A stretch of DNA of 64,000 nt, taken from Scyliorhinus canicula. Its lineage: Eukaryota. Positions 24,067 to 35,885 of the stretch are shown piece after piece. How positions within the stretch are numbered: the first letter of the stretch is position 1; each line of letters starts with the position of its first letter. The notes beneath the pieces were generated by a model that saw nothing but the letters and a program-made list of their open reading frames with translations, did not search any database and was not told where the DNA came from. The translations under genes and the position numbers were made by a program. The stretch covers positions 80,703,072 through 80,767,071 of the forward strand of contig NC_052154.1 in assembly GCF_902713615.1 (NCBI RefSeq), written 5' to 3'.

Positions 24067-24841
24067 TGTAAGAGCATTTTCAGAGACTAAGTATTGAACT
24101 GGCTTTTACACGGAGAATCTCCCCATCTAATTACAGTTCAGCTAACACAAAGACTCGTGGAGACAGCAACTCTGGTTATGACAGCTTTACATTCCAAGCT
24201 TGGTCCAATGTATGAGGGAGAGTGATTTGGATAAGTGCCAAAACCACTCTGCTTTACATTGCTTTAGGTTCAACAGTGAGACAATTTCCAAAAATCAGTA
24301 GCCCTGTCTCAGCTGGACTCGGTCCAATCCTTGTAGCTATACAATATACCTTGAACAATTAGTTTTACTTTAGGCAGCATGGTAGCTGCATGATCAGCTC
24401 ATGGTTTAGCCATGTCATGTCCCCTGGCCATCTATTGTTTTTTAAAATCCTCGCATCCACTGTTGTTCACTCTCCCGTACTCCCATTTCCCTTATCATCG
24501 TGTGGTTCCTAGCTGTGCCATTGTCTGTCTGTGTACAGATTGCCTAAGGCTGCTGAGAAGAGCTGCTTCCTCTGGATGTGTTTCTGCTGACCACATAATT
24601 TCTGTGTGATTCTGTCTTTCTTAGGAATGTGGTCAAGTTAGTTCGCTTAAATCCCATTCTACACTACTATTAGGAAGAGTTTAAATGTGTCTTACTACTA
24701 TGTTCTAAGAATACATGTTTAATGGTTAATAATGATTATTGGATATATTTTCTGTGATTAGTTTCAGTCCTCAATAAACTAATTTATGTTGAGCTATTCT
24801 ATTGTTATCCTAGCTATCTGTTGTTAAGGGGTCTCATCTCA
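24067..24841. mobile_element. Probable solo LTR (~775 bp) inside the Harbinger terminal region
   Basis: AT-rich block with TGT...CA ends and an AATAAA near the right end, interrupting GC-rich Harbinger sequence; TSD not clean (GGGG vs GGAT). Confidence 0.5.
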
Positions 24842-25364
24842 GGATCCCCCCCTTCAAGGGATACCATTGGCTGGCACTACCCATGCCAGTAGTATCCTCC
24901 ATGATTCCCATCCAGTGCCCTCCTGCAGGGGCTACTGTGGACACCGCCCTTGGGTGGGCCACATGCTGTCCAGCCGGTGGGTGACGGCCGGTTCTCTGAG
25001 GTGGGGGAATTGTTGGTTGGGTGCGGGGTGGAGTGTGGGGTGATGGGGTGGAGGGTGAGGGCTGGGGTGTGGTGGTGGTGTGATTGGAACACCCATACAG
25101 CCGGTGTCACCCTGCATAACCATGGACCATGGTGGGCGGTCAGTGGTGTACGCAGCAAGGTGGCTGCCTTACAGGCTACGGCAATGGCAGTCTCTGCCTG
25201 GAGGTTGCAGAATGGTAGAATGCATTTGACACCACTGTTGAGGCATTGGAGCATGGCATTCTGTCAGGTGGCCAGCGCCGGCTATGATCTTGGCTTCATG
25301 ACTGATTCTCCGCCCAATCAACTTTCCCGATTCTGGCATCGGCCAACGGAGAATTCCACCCCAG

Positions 25365-26117
25365 GGGCGCGATTCTCCGCAAAGGCGGAGAGTCGTGAAG
25401 GCTGCCACGAAACCGGCCGTGTTTCACGGCAGCCTCCACGCCCCCTCCCGGGACCCGATTCTGCTCCCCGGTCGGGGCTAGCATCGCGGCCCCGTGAACT
25501 CCGGCATCACGGGCGTAACGAATTTCGCTAAGCCCGCGCGCCAAAGTTAGCGACGGCTGACGCATATGATAACGTCAGCCGCGCATGCGCGGATTGGACG
25601 ACTCCAACCCGTGCATGCGCGGATGACGTCATCCGCGCATATGCGTCAGACCCGCGCCTGCGTTGTCCATAATGCCCCTCAGCCGCCCCGCGGACTTATC
25701 CTGTGGGGCGGCGGAGGGAGAAAGAGTGCGCGGGAATCGGACCTGCTGCCCGCGATCAGTGCCCACCGATCGCGGGCCCATGCCACCCTTGGCACGGCCG
25801 TGGTGCGGCCATGCCAATCGGTGGCATGGTTGTGCAGAACGGCACTTTGCGGTTGTTTTTACGAACTGGTATAGTAGGTGTATTAAAAATCGTGAAAACG
25901 GCCGTAAAGGCCTTGGAAATCGACCCATCGGCCAGGGGAGAATCGCTGCTCGCCGTAAAAAAACGGCGAGCAGCGATTCGTGTCGGGGGGCGGGTGTTGG
26001 GGGGGGGGGGGGTTGGGGGAGGGGGAGAATAGCGGGAGGGCGTCGGACCAGCGTCGCAGTAAAAATTTGCGCCGCCCACTATTCTCCGCCCCGTCGTGAG
26101 TGCGGAGAATCGCGTCC
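25365..26117. mobile_element. Harbinger-type MITE (~750 bp), CpG-rich and young
   Basis: 17-bp TIRs GGGCGCGATTCTCCGCA / TGCGGAGAATCGCGTCC (1 mismatch), 3-bp TSD CAG on both sides. Confidence 0.88.
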
Positions 26118-26459
26118 CAGGTGTTTTCCAACAAGTGAGGAAGTAAAATCTGTCAATCATTAATTGTTTCGGGTGCCTGTTCCTGAATATTTGCAGAATC
26201 AAGTTTCATTTTGAGGCAATGTCCATTTTCCTCTTACTACAAAACAGGAACAATATTCATCCCAAAAGTAGCATGAGCGTTGTTCAATTTAGAAACTGAT
26301 GTTTTTGTTCTTGCAGGAAACCACAGGCCTTCCAAATGCTGTGCGATGTGGCATCTACTGATAGTGAGGCCAGATCTTTCATGTGAATTGCATTTAGTGA
26401 TGCTCATCATCCACACAATGATTTATTAAAACTAAACTGGATGCTGGCACTTGGATGGA

Positions 26460-27060
26460 TGAATGGGGGCTTGGAGAGGTTGGAATTGGTTAGTTGGAAC
26501 AACGTGTGGGAGAGTGGCTCTTGAAAACAAGAGTACTCAGCCAGTTGGTGAACAACCTCTTGATGCTGGAGGTGTAGAGTTGCCGAAAACTGCACCTCTC
26601 CTGCCAGTTGCAGATCTTTCTGTAATGATGATGGACAACCAAGGTCCCATTGGCATTGATGGACATCTGATGTCAGTTCCATTGAAGGCGGCCTTGGTCC
26701 TTAACTGCTGCACCTCCAGTTTATTGTGGTGGCCCATTGGGGGCATGTGTGACAGCTCCCTATCAGCAGCATGCCATTGCATCAATATGGTGACCAATGC
26801 CCTCATCAGGAGAACCAGCCAATATATGGCACCTAGAGCACCATGTGGTCATCATATTGACCATACAGAAGCACAAGGTGACACTGGATGCATATGTGTG
26901 ACTTTTTAACAGTGGTAAAGGGCATCGCTGGAGGGTGAGGATGGAACTTTATTTGACTAGAAGGATAATGTGGGAAGCGTCATCTGACAGGTGTATCATT
27001 GAGCACTTCCAGTGCCTCCATACTGCCTATTTCATTGCACCTTCCATGCAACCCCTCATG
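26460..27060 (+). pseudogene. Old Harbinger transposase fragment
   Basis: KAALVLNC...ACHCINMVTNALIRRTSQY, QGDTGCICV and CIIEH resemble degenerate HARBI1-type motifs. Confidence 0.55.
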
Positions 27061-27129
27061 TCTTTCAGGAAGCTGGTCCTCAGCATCCTCATCATGGCTA
27101 CTCAGTTGAGCATGACGCACTGTATCCTC

Positions 27130-27620
27130 ATAGGTCAGAGCCCCTTCCCCTTCTGCACCACCAAGTTGTGCAACGTGGAGCAGACCACCAAGAGCGAGAT
27201 TTTTGCTGGGACATATTGATGGGCCCCACCAGACTGATCCAGGAATCTAAAACTTATCTTCAGGAGACCTCTAGTCTTTCTGATGGTGATTTGGGTCACC
27301 ACATAGCAGATGGTGTGCTCGCCATCTGCTTCTGTCCTAAGGACCCTCACTGAAGTTAAGAGTCGCCTATTTAATGGGTAGACCTTGTCACCAAGAATGC
27401 AATCCTGATGGCACATGAGGAGGGGATGAGCTTGGGAATTTGGAGATACCCGCGTAGAAGGATACTGAGCACACACCTGAAGGACCTGTTGATGGTTTTC
27501 AAGACCATTTGAATTTTGATAGATAGGACTCCCTTCCTGTTAACGCAGGCCCCAGCGTGGCCTGGGGGAGTTGTGAAGGGCATATGTGTGCAGTTTAAGA
27601 CACCTTTTATACCTGGGCGA
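27130..27620 (-). pseudogene. Old Harbinger transposase C-terminal fragment
   Basis: CVNRKGVLSIKIQMV and FRFLDQSGGAHQYVPAKISLLVVCSTLHNL. Confidence 0.75.
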
Positions 27621-27860
27621 ATCCAGCAATTGCTCCAAAATCAATGGCTCTTTCAGACTGACTGCCCAGATCAGGGCAATAATAATAATAATCTTTGTCA
27701 CAAGTTGGCTGACATTAACACTGCAATGAAGTTACTGTGAAAATCCCTAGTTGCCACACTATGGCGCCTATTCGGGTACACTGAGGGAGAATTCAGAATT
27801 TCCAATTCACCGAACAAGCATGTCTTTCCGGACTTGTGGGAGGAAACCAGAGCACCCGGA

Positions 27861-30800
27861 TGATGGAACCATCAATTCACCAGACACGTGTTTCCGATAT
27901 GAATATAGGCTTTAATCGACTTACTACAGAGCCAGCCTGTTACCCGTTGATGAACTCTCAGTGAACTGCAGGCTGACTCAGGACAAGGGTATTTATACAG
28001 CAGCACTAGGGGGAGGAGTCGTGGGCGGAGAGAAGGGTGGAGCCCTATACAAGCTCCTTAGCATTCCCAGAGCTACTCCCCTTAGTGGTCGGATAACGCT
28101 ACTGCGCTTACAAAGACATAATGTGGATTATCATATTACATTCACTACATTCACCCCCTGCAAAAAAATCAAGTCCGGCGGGGGTGGTGGTCTACAACGT
28201 CAGTCTGTCCGGTGGTTGAATTGTCTGCTGTGATCTGCGGAGCATCGGGGTTGCAGCCTCTTGCGGTGGTTGGATGGGTGTTGTGTGCTGGGGTACGATG
28301 GCGGACTTCAGGGAGGGTTGTATCCGAGCTTCATACTCTCCTGGTTCGACCGGGGATTGGGGGCGCTGGGGGCTGGCCGGCGCGGGTGCGCAGAACTGGT
28401 GGAGCGAGCTCGCGGGCTCGGGAGTGCGAGGGGGCGGCAGCATGGGGTGTAGGGTGAGAGGTCCTTCTGTGGGGGGAGAGGGGGTGCTGGATCCGGCGGG
28501 TGCCAGATCCCAGAGGGATACTGTGTCCTGACGGCCGTCAGGGAACTCGACGAATGCGTACTGGGGGTTGGAGTGGAGCAGGCGCACCTTTTCAACAAGG
28601 GGGTCAGTTTTGTGTGCCCTGACGTGTTTCCTCAGAAGTACGGGACCCGGTGTCCTCAGCCATGCCGGGAGTGAGGCCCCCGTGGTAGTGCCCCTGGAAA
28701 AAATGAAGAGCCTCTCGTGAGGGGTCTGATTGGTCGCTGTGCACAAAAGGGACCTAATGGCGTGAAGCGCAGCTGGAAGGACTTCCTGCCACTGGGAGAC
28801 TTGGAGCTTTCTAGACCGGAGGGTCAGTAGGACGGTCTTCTAGACCGTCACGTTCTCCCTCTCCACCTACCCGTTCCCCCTGGCGTTGTAGCTGGTAGTC
28901 CTGCTCGAGGCAATGCCCTTGTCGAGCAGGTACTGATGCAGCTCGTCGCTCATGAAGGACGAACCCCGGTCGCTGTGTACGTAGCTGGGGAAACCAAACA
29001 GGGTGAAGATGCGAAGCAGGGCCTTAATGACTGTGTGGGAGGTCATATCGGGGCACGGGATAGCGAATGGGAAATGGGAGAACTCGTCTACGACGTTTAA
29101 AAAGTAAACGTTCTTGTTAGTTGAGGGGAATGGCCCTTTGAAATCAATCGCGAGGCGTTCAAAGGGCCTAGAAGCCTTGACCAGGTGGGCCCTGTCTGGT
29201 CTATAGAAGTGCGGTTTGCACTCCGCACAGATCGGGCAGTCCCTGGTGACCGCTTTTATCTCCTCGTTGGAGAAAGGCAGGTTTCGGGCCCTGATGTAGT
29301 GGGCGAGCCGGGTGACCCCCGGGTGGCAGAGGTCATTGTGGATGACTTTCAATCGGTCAATCTGCGTGCTGGCGCATGTCCCGCGGGATAGGGCATCCGA
29401 AGGCTCGTTGAGCTTCCCGGGTCGATACTTAATGTCGTAATTGTAGGTGGAGAGTTCGATCCTCCACCTCAGAATTTTGCCCCTTTGCGAGTTGTCGAAC
29501 ATGAAGGCAACCGATCTTTGGTCGGTGATGAGGGTGAACCAACCTGAGGCCTGCGAAGTAGTGCCTCCAGTGACAAACAGCCTCCACAATGACTTGTGCT
29601 TCTTTCTCGACTGAGGAGTGTCGAAGTTCTGAAGCGGAGAGGGTACGGGAGAAAAATGCGACTGGTCTCCCTGCCTGATTTAAAGTGGCTGCAAGAGCTA
29701 CCTCTGAGGCGTCGCTCTCTACCTGAAATGGAGTGGATTCATCCACCGCCCGCATGACCGCTTTGGCGATGTCCTCCTTGATGCCATCGAAGGCCTGGCG
29801 TGCTTCGGCTGACAGGGGAAATCGTGTGGCCCTAAAGAGTGGGCGGGCTTTGTCCGCATATTGAAGGACCCACTGGGCGTAGTAGGAAAAGAAACCCAAG
29901 CACCGTTTGAGGGCCTTGGGGCAATGGGGGAGGGGGAGCTCTAAGAGGGGGCGAACATGGTCTGGGTCTGGGCCCAGGACTCCGTTTTCCACGGCTTAGC
30001 TGAGGATGGCTAGTCTGGTTGTGCAGAAAACGCATTTCTCCTTGTTATACGTGAGATTCAGTTTCTGTGCCGTCTGGAGAAAACGGTGGAGGTTGGCGTC
30101 GTGGTCCTGCTGGTCATAGCCACAGATGGTGACATTGTTCAAGTACGGAAACGTGGCCCGCAGCACGTACTGGTCCACCATTCGGTCCATTGCTCGTTGG
30201 AACACCGAGACCCCATTAGTGACGCCGCAAGGGACCTGGAAGAAATGGAAGAGGCGGCCATCGACCTCGAATGCCGTGTAGTGGCGGTCCTCCGGGCGGA
30301 TCGGGAGCTGGTGGAATGCAGACATCAGATCCACCGTGGAAAAGAGCCGGTACTAGGCGATCTGGTTTACCATATCTGCAATCCTGGGGAGGCGATACGC
30401 GTCGAGGAGCGTAAATCTATTTATGATCTGACCATAGTCGACAACCATGCAGAATTTTTCCCCGGTCTTAATGACCACCACCTGAGCTCTCCAGGGACTA
30501 TTGCTGGCCTCTATAATCCCCTCACTGAGAAGCCTTCGTTCCTCTGCTCTGATAAATACCCTATCCTGCAGGCGATACCGCCTGCTACGAGTGGCTACGG
30601 GTTTACAGTCCTTTGTGAGATTGGCGAAGAGAGGGGAGGGGGGATTCGCAGAGTAGCGAGGCTGCAGATAGTGAGTGGGGGCAGGGGCCCGCTGAAGCTG
30701 AGGGTGAGACTCTTGAGGTTACATTGAAAGTCTAGGCCTAATAAGAGTGGCGCGCAGAGTTCGGGCAAAACGTAGAGTTTGAATTTTGAGTAGCTAGCGC

Positions 30801-32484
30801 CTCGGATTGTGAGTGCCGCGGCGGTGCGTCCCTGGATCTGGATGGAATGGGAGCCTGAAGCGAGCGAGATAGTTTGCTGCACGGGGAAAATGGGGAGCGA
30901 ACAGCGTCTTACCAGGTCCGGATGTATGAAGCTCTCAGTGCTCCCGGAGTCGAAGAGGCATGGCATTTTGTACCCGTTGATATGGACCTCTGCCATCGAA
31001 TTTCGCAGATGCTTCGGGCGTGATTGGTCCAGAGTGACTGCGCTGAGTTGCGGGTAGTCGATCAGCTGTGCTGGAGTGGCCCGGTGATGACTGCCCTCTG
31101 AGTTCATAGTTGTATTCTTCCAATGAGTTGTCCGAGCGCGGAGTTGCAGGTCGGGCCCGTGGATCGCACGTGGCGGGCGGCGAGGAAGATGGTGTCCAAG
31201 ATGGTGGACCCCATGAGTTGCACGTGGCCGGCCGCGTGGTGGAGGTTTGCCAAGATGGCGGCCCCCATGGATCGCACGTGGCTGGAGGGGGCGGAGTCGG
31301 GGCATAGGCCGCAGCGTTTTGTGCCCCGTGGGTCTGCGGTTGAGGGGAGCGATTACTTCATGCTGCTGGGTAGCTGGAAGCAGGGGCCCTTTTAGCGAGG
31401 CACACTCTTGCATAATGGCCGGTCCGCCCGCAGCTGCTGCAGGTCGCGTTGCGGGCCAGGCAGTGCTGCCGTGGGTGCTGGTTCTGGCCGCAGAAATGGC
31501 AGGCTGGAGCAGCATAGTAGCTGGCTGGGGCAGCATGGTGGCTGGGCGGCCGCGTAGCACAGGCCTGGGGGAGTCGCTGGTCGGGGGCCCATGATTGGGT
31601 CGCGGGGTCTGCGGGGAACGAGTTAAGGCTGCGGAAGGAGACCTCCATCGTGGTAGCAGCTTCCACAGTCGTTTCTAAGTGTTGGGCCCCCTTTTCCAGC
31701 AATCGTTGGCGCACATAATTAGACCTGAGACCCGCTACAAAAACATCGCTCACAGCAAGTTCTCTGTGTTTAGCCACGGTAACCGCTTGATAATTACAGT
31801 CATTGGACAAATTATTGAGTTCCCTTAGAAATTCGGCGAGTGATTCTGTAGGCCACTGGCGGCGAGTCGTGAACACATGGCGTGCGTAAACTTTGTTAAT
31901 GGGCCTCACATATATCTTATTGAGTACTGCTAGCGCTGCAGTATATGAACCGGCCGAGTTTAGTTGTGTAGAGATTCTGTGGCTCACCCTTGCGTGCAAT
32001 AGACTCAACTTCTGTTCCTCTGTCATTTCGGCTTTGCTCGCTTCTGCCAGGTAGGCCTTGAAGCACCGCAGCCAGTTGGAGAAGATTTATTTAGCCTCTG
32101 CATCCTGTGGGTCGAGTTCCAGGCATCCAGGCTTGAGGGTCCAGGCTTGAGGGCTGATTCCACGATCGATCTTGACTGTTCTTAAGTCGATTAAATTGAT
32201 GGAACCATCAATTCACCAGACACGTGTTTCCGATATGAATATAGGCTTTAATCAACTTACTACAGAGCCAGCCTGTTACCCGTTGATGAACTCTCAGTGA
32301 ACTGCGGCTGACTCTGGACAAGGGTATTTATACACCAGCACTAGGGGGAGGAGTCGTGGGCGGAGCCAAGGGTGGAGCCCTGTACAAACTCCTGAGCATT
32401 CCCAGAGCTACTCCCCCTAGTGGTTGGATAACGCTACTGCGCTTACAAATATATTGTGTGAATTATCATATTACATTCACCACA
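27861..32484 (-). mobile_element. Full-length Ty3/Gypsy LTR retrotransposon (Mag-like features), decayed
   Basis: LTRs of about 289 bp at 27861-28149 and 32197-32484, 5-bp TSD CCGGA/CTGGA, PPT CAGGGGGTGAA (minus strand), domain order gag-PR-RT-RH-IN. Confidence 0.93.
28190..32165 (-). pseudogene. Gypsy gag-pol (frameshifted)
   Basis: Gag double Zn-knuckle (CHFCGQNQHPRQHC..CSSCGRTGHYARVC), PR LFDSGS, RT FPYLNNVT (degenerate YLDN), RH ESDASE, IN H..LCH..C.IC, AIDFKGP, HSDRG, TPGPVLLRKH. Confidence 0.9.
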
Positions 32485-34869
32485 CTGGAGGAAACCCACA
32501 CAGACACGGGGAGAATGTACAAACTCCGCACAGAGAGTGAGCCATACCGGGAATCGAACCTGGGTCCCTGGTGCTGTGAAGCAACAGTGCTACCCACTGT
32601 GCTATTGTGCCGCTTTATAGTCCATCCTAAACAACCCTTTGGGAAAGTCAGAACACCCCTGCACTTGTGGAAGGTTGTTAGTTGTAGATTGAAATGTTGA
32701 TATACCCACCTCAGCTTGGCTACAAACATGAGCCGATGCAAGCAATAACTCCTTTCCCATCTATTCACCCATGAAGCTCAAGTGCATCTAACGGATCCTT
32801 TGAATTCCTTTGTAAGTGTTCCTGTGCGATGTTCTCCCTTTCCTGCACCTGCAGGGGTGGCAAGCTGCTGACCATGCTGCTTCTGGGCCTGCAATGACGG
32901 TGGCAGCCATTTTCTGACCATCCGATGCCTGGATGGCCCCAGCATACTGAAGAACTACAACACAGGTGCAAAATCCTCCGCTGCTTTCATTGCAACTTGA
33001 AACCCTGGCACCATTGGCAGAGAGGTGGAGGAGTGGCTGTCTAGATTCGGAACACCCTGACAGGAGTCTTCGGAAGACAGTTGCTTCTACTCTCTCTTGA
33101 AGCACACCTATACTTTCCATCAGGCCTGAGGTGGATGACAGCCTGAAGAACATTCTAAGCACCTCAATCCACATCTTCACTTTTCACTGCTGCGCTAAGC
33201 TTATAGACAAAGTGATAGCAAGTTGGTCTACACACATCACTGTCACCCACAGATTGATCAGCTGGATCTGCCTCTTAATGAGAGTAATCAGTCTCTGAAA
33301 TAGAGGAAGCCACATGTGCAGATAAGAGGAAAACAAAAGCATTCATGGTCTTAATGGACTCACCCATGCCAAACCCAAGGTGTGCATATCTTCTGAAATC
33401 TCTACCAGGCATCCACACACCTCACGCAACGTACCCAACATCTTTTGGCTGACTGACAACTAAAAAGTCACATCATTAACCTAGGGCCCAGCATCAGCCT
33501 GGCCTCCCACATGCCTCCACGTGCCCATTACCTTATCTGTCGCAGCCTCCGACAGCTACACAGCATGTGTGTGGTCATCTCACAGGCTCTGTATCCAAAT
33601 CTAACAGCAAATGCATACCACCAAGGTGACAGATTCCGCACTGGTGGAAAATGCTGGGGGATCAATGTGGCAATGTGCCCATGGAATTCGCCTTCTGTTC
33701 CTCAGAGATGGTAGGCTGTCCCCTAGAGATGAGTGCACTCTGTTCAGGGGAAAACCTGCACTAGAGAACTGAAAGACCAAAGAGATTTGCCCTTCTAAAC
33801 ATGGGATTCTGGAATCAGCTATTGCTTAGATCAACGTATGTAGAATGTAGGACACAAGAACAACATCCTTTGTGCTCCGCATGCCTTATGCCCAGTCATG
33901 AATGTCCACACATTCTTTCAGCTGCACTTCATCCTCACCATAAAGCAGTCACCATACTGCTCTGCCAGATCCCTTTCCATGGGTGTGAAGTTGGCAAGAA
34001 ATTACATCCTGCCACGAGTCTGAGCCCTTGGCAAAACAGTTCCAGGGCAGCTAGAACATGGTTCAAGCTTTGCTTGTGCCGTAGTTCACTCTAGTTTGCA
34101 TAATGGTCTGTTTTGGTGTTGGAACTTCTGTGTAGTTTTATCTTTTCTCCTTTTTCTGACCCCATCATTATGCTTGTCTGGCCCTTATTTTATAGTCATA
34201 TATAGAACATGAATCCATAATGTTGATTTTGAATTTGAAACATTGACTTGACGTTGTGCTTCTTTCCAGCGATTATGGTTGACCTGCTGTGTGTTTGCTT
34301 TCTGTTTTGTTTCAAGGTCAGAGAATTTTGATTTTAACTACTGACACAAACAAAGAATGGTCAAGCAACATCTGGACTAGTGAATGTTTGGCATGATGCA
34401 TATGACATCTTGGATCAAGGGTTGCCATTGGAAGTATCCCACAGTTACCTGGTAAATTGAATACTGCAAATGGAAATGGTGGTACAGCTGGACGCCAGCA
34501 CGCCTCGGGTGGTTGAATTCAATGTGACCTGGGTTAGATCAATAATGAAGATTGATGCTCTTGAAAACAACATTAAAAGCTGCACATGAAAGGGACCACA
34601 GAAATGCAACTTGGTGTTGTTTTCATATGTTTAAACCAGCAAAAGCAAATTTAGTTTGTACGTTGTTTTTAATGCAGGAAAAAAGCAACCAACAGTGTTT
34701 TACAGGGTGCAAAACAGCAAATCCAGTAAAAGCCAAGTGACGTAGGGAGAGGAGACTAAATGCCTGGCTGAAAAGCTATTTCCGTGTCGGGGATCGGAAA
34801 ATCCAGCCCAAAATCAACTGCAGTCATGATGCAGATGTGTGGAAATTTAGATATTTAGACTAAAATAAA

Positions 34870-35470
34870 AACAAAATACTGGGGATTCTTGAATCGGAAA
34901 CAGAAAACAGAAAAAGTGCTGGGAAAACTCAGCAGACCAGGCAGTATCTGGAGGAGAGAAAATAGAATGAACGTTTCAAGTCTCCAAGACTCTTCTTGAA
35001 ACAAAATCGATATGTTTTTCCAGGTCCGGATGACGCAATCACTGATGTAATGGAAAATGGGTTGCAGAACTTGCGGGAGTGGGCCAGAATTGGGCTGGGA
35101 CAAGGAGTGCCCCATATAACCCACAAAAACAGGGATAACTGGGGAAACTGCACGTAGCCATAGTGACACCTTTTATTTGAGGAAGTGAGACAAGTTAAAG
35201 GAGAAACTGTTGAGTGACATAACTAGGTAGAGGAGAATGGTAGTAGGTAGGGATTGTTCAGGCCCCTGCTCGTGGGAGAAGCAGAGAGCCCTCAGATCCT
35301 CATGATGGAAGATGGTGGTGTCGAGGCACTGGGCATCCATAGTGAAGGTTAGGGCCAGTGAACTGGAAATTGGTGTTATGCCTGGACTTGAAACGTTAAC
35401 TCTATTTTTTCTCTCCATGGATGCTGCCAGAGCTGTTGAGATTTTCCAACATTTTTCTGCAGATATTTAG
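34870..35470. mobile_element. Penelope-like element relic (inverted pLTR-like arms)
   Basis: Arms of the AAACAGAAAA.GCTGGGAAAACTCAGCAG.. type in opposite orientations, with degenerate hammerhead-like cores. Confidence 0.55.
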
Positions 35471-35659
35471 ACAAATGGATTTTACACAGTTCAATCACAC
35501 TCGCTTTTGGGCAGTTCTAAGTTATTAAAATGTAGTTTCAGCTGCATCTTTCCTAAAATAAATGGAAATTTTCCATCATGCTCCTGACTTGCAGTGGTGT
35601 AGATGCTTTAGGGAGGCATAAGGTGAACCAGTAACTGCAAAATATTAAGATAAAAGCAA

Positions 35660-35885
35660 ATAACTGCGTATGCTAGAATCTGAAGGAAAACAGAAAATGC
35701 TGGACACTCAGCAGGTCTGACAGCATCTGCGGAGATGGACGGAACTAACATTTCAATGAATTTGACAAGAGTCACCCAGTTTCGACATTGTAGCTCAGTT
35801 CTCTCTCCACAGATGCTGTCAGACCTGCTGAGAGTGTTCAGCATTATCTGTTTTGCTGCAAAATACTCGTCTCTGATATGCTCCA
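35660..35885. repeat. Palindromic Penelope-like short element (~200 bp hairpin)
   Basis: Left arm AACAGAAAATGCTGGACACTCAGCAGGTCTGACAGCATCTGCGGAGA is complementary to right arm TCTCCACAGATGCTGTCAGACCTGCTGAGAGTGTTCAGCATTATCTGTT. Confidence 0.7.

Larger units (their letters stand above)
9110..25361. mobile_element. Large two-gene Harbinger element acting as host for nested insertions
   Basis: Left end GGGCACGATTTAG at 9110, Myb-like gene on +, transposase on - (22700-23887), right end GGAGAATTCCACCC at 25361. The flanks of the nested ERV, CR1 and LTR rejoin into Harbinger sequence. Pairing of the two ends is inferred, because the TSDs (CAT vs CAG) are not identical. Confidence 0.6.
27670..32600 (-). 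mobile_element. V-SINE with (ATT)n tail, split in two (27670-27860 and 32485-32600) by the Gypsy element
   Basis: The two halves rejoin at ..GCACCCGGA|GGAAACCCAC.. Confidence 0.88.

Noticed and set aside
34480-34590. VVEFNVTWVR as a possible Ig V-domain Trp strand
   Set aside because: No flanking Cys or splice context and the frame closes quickly.
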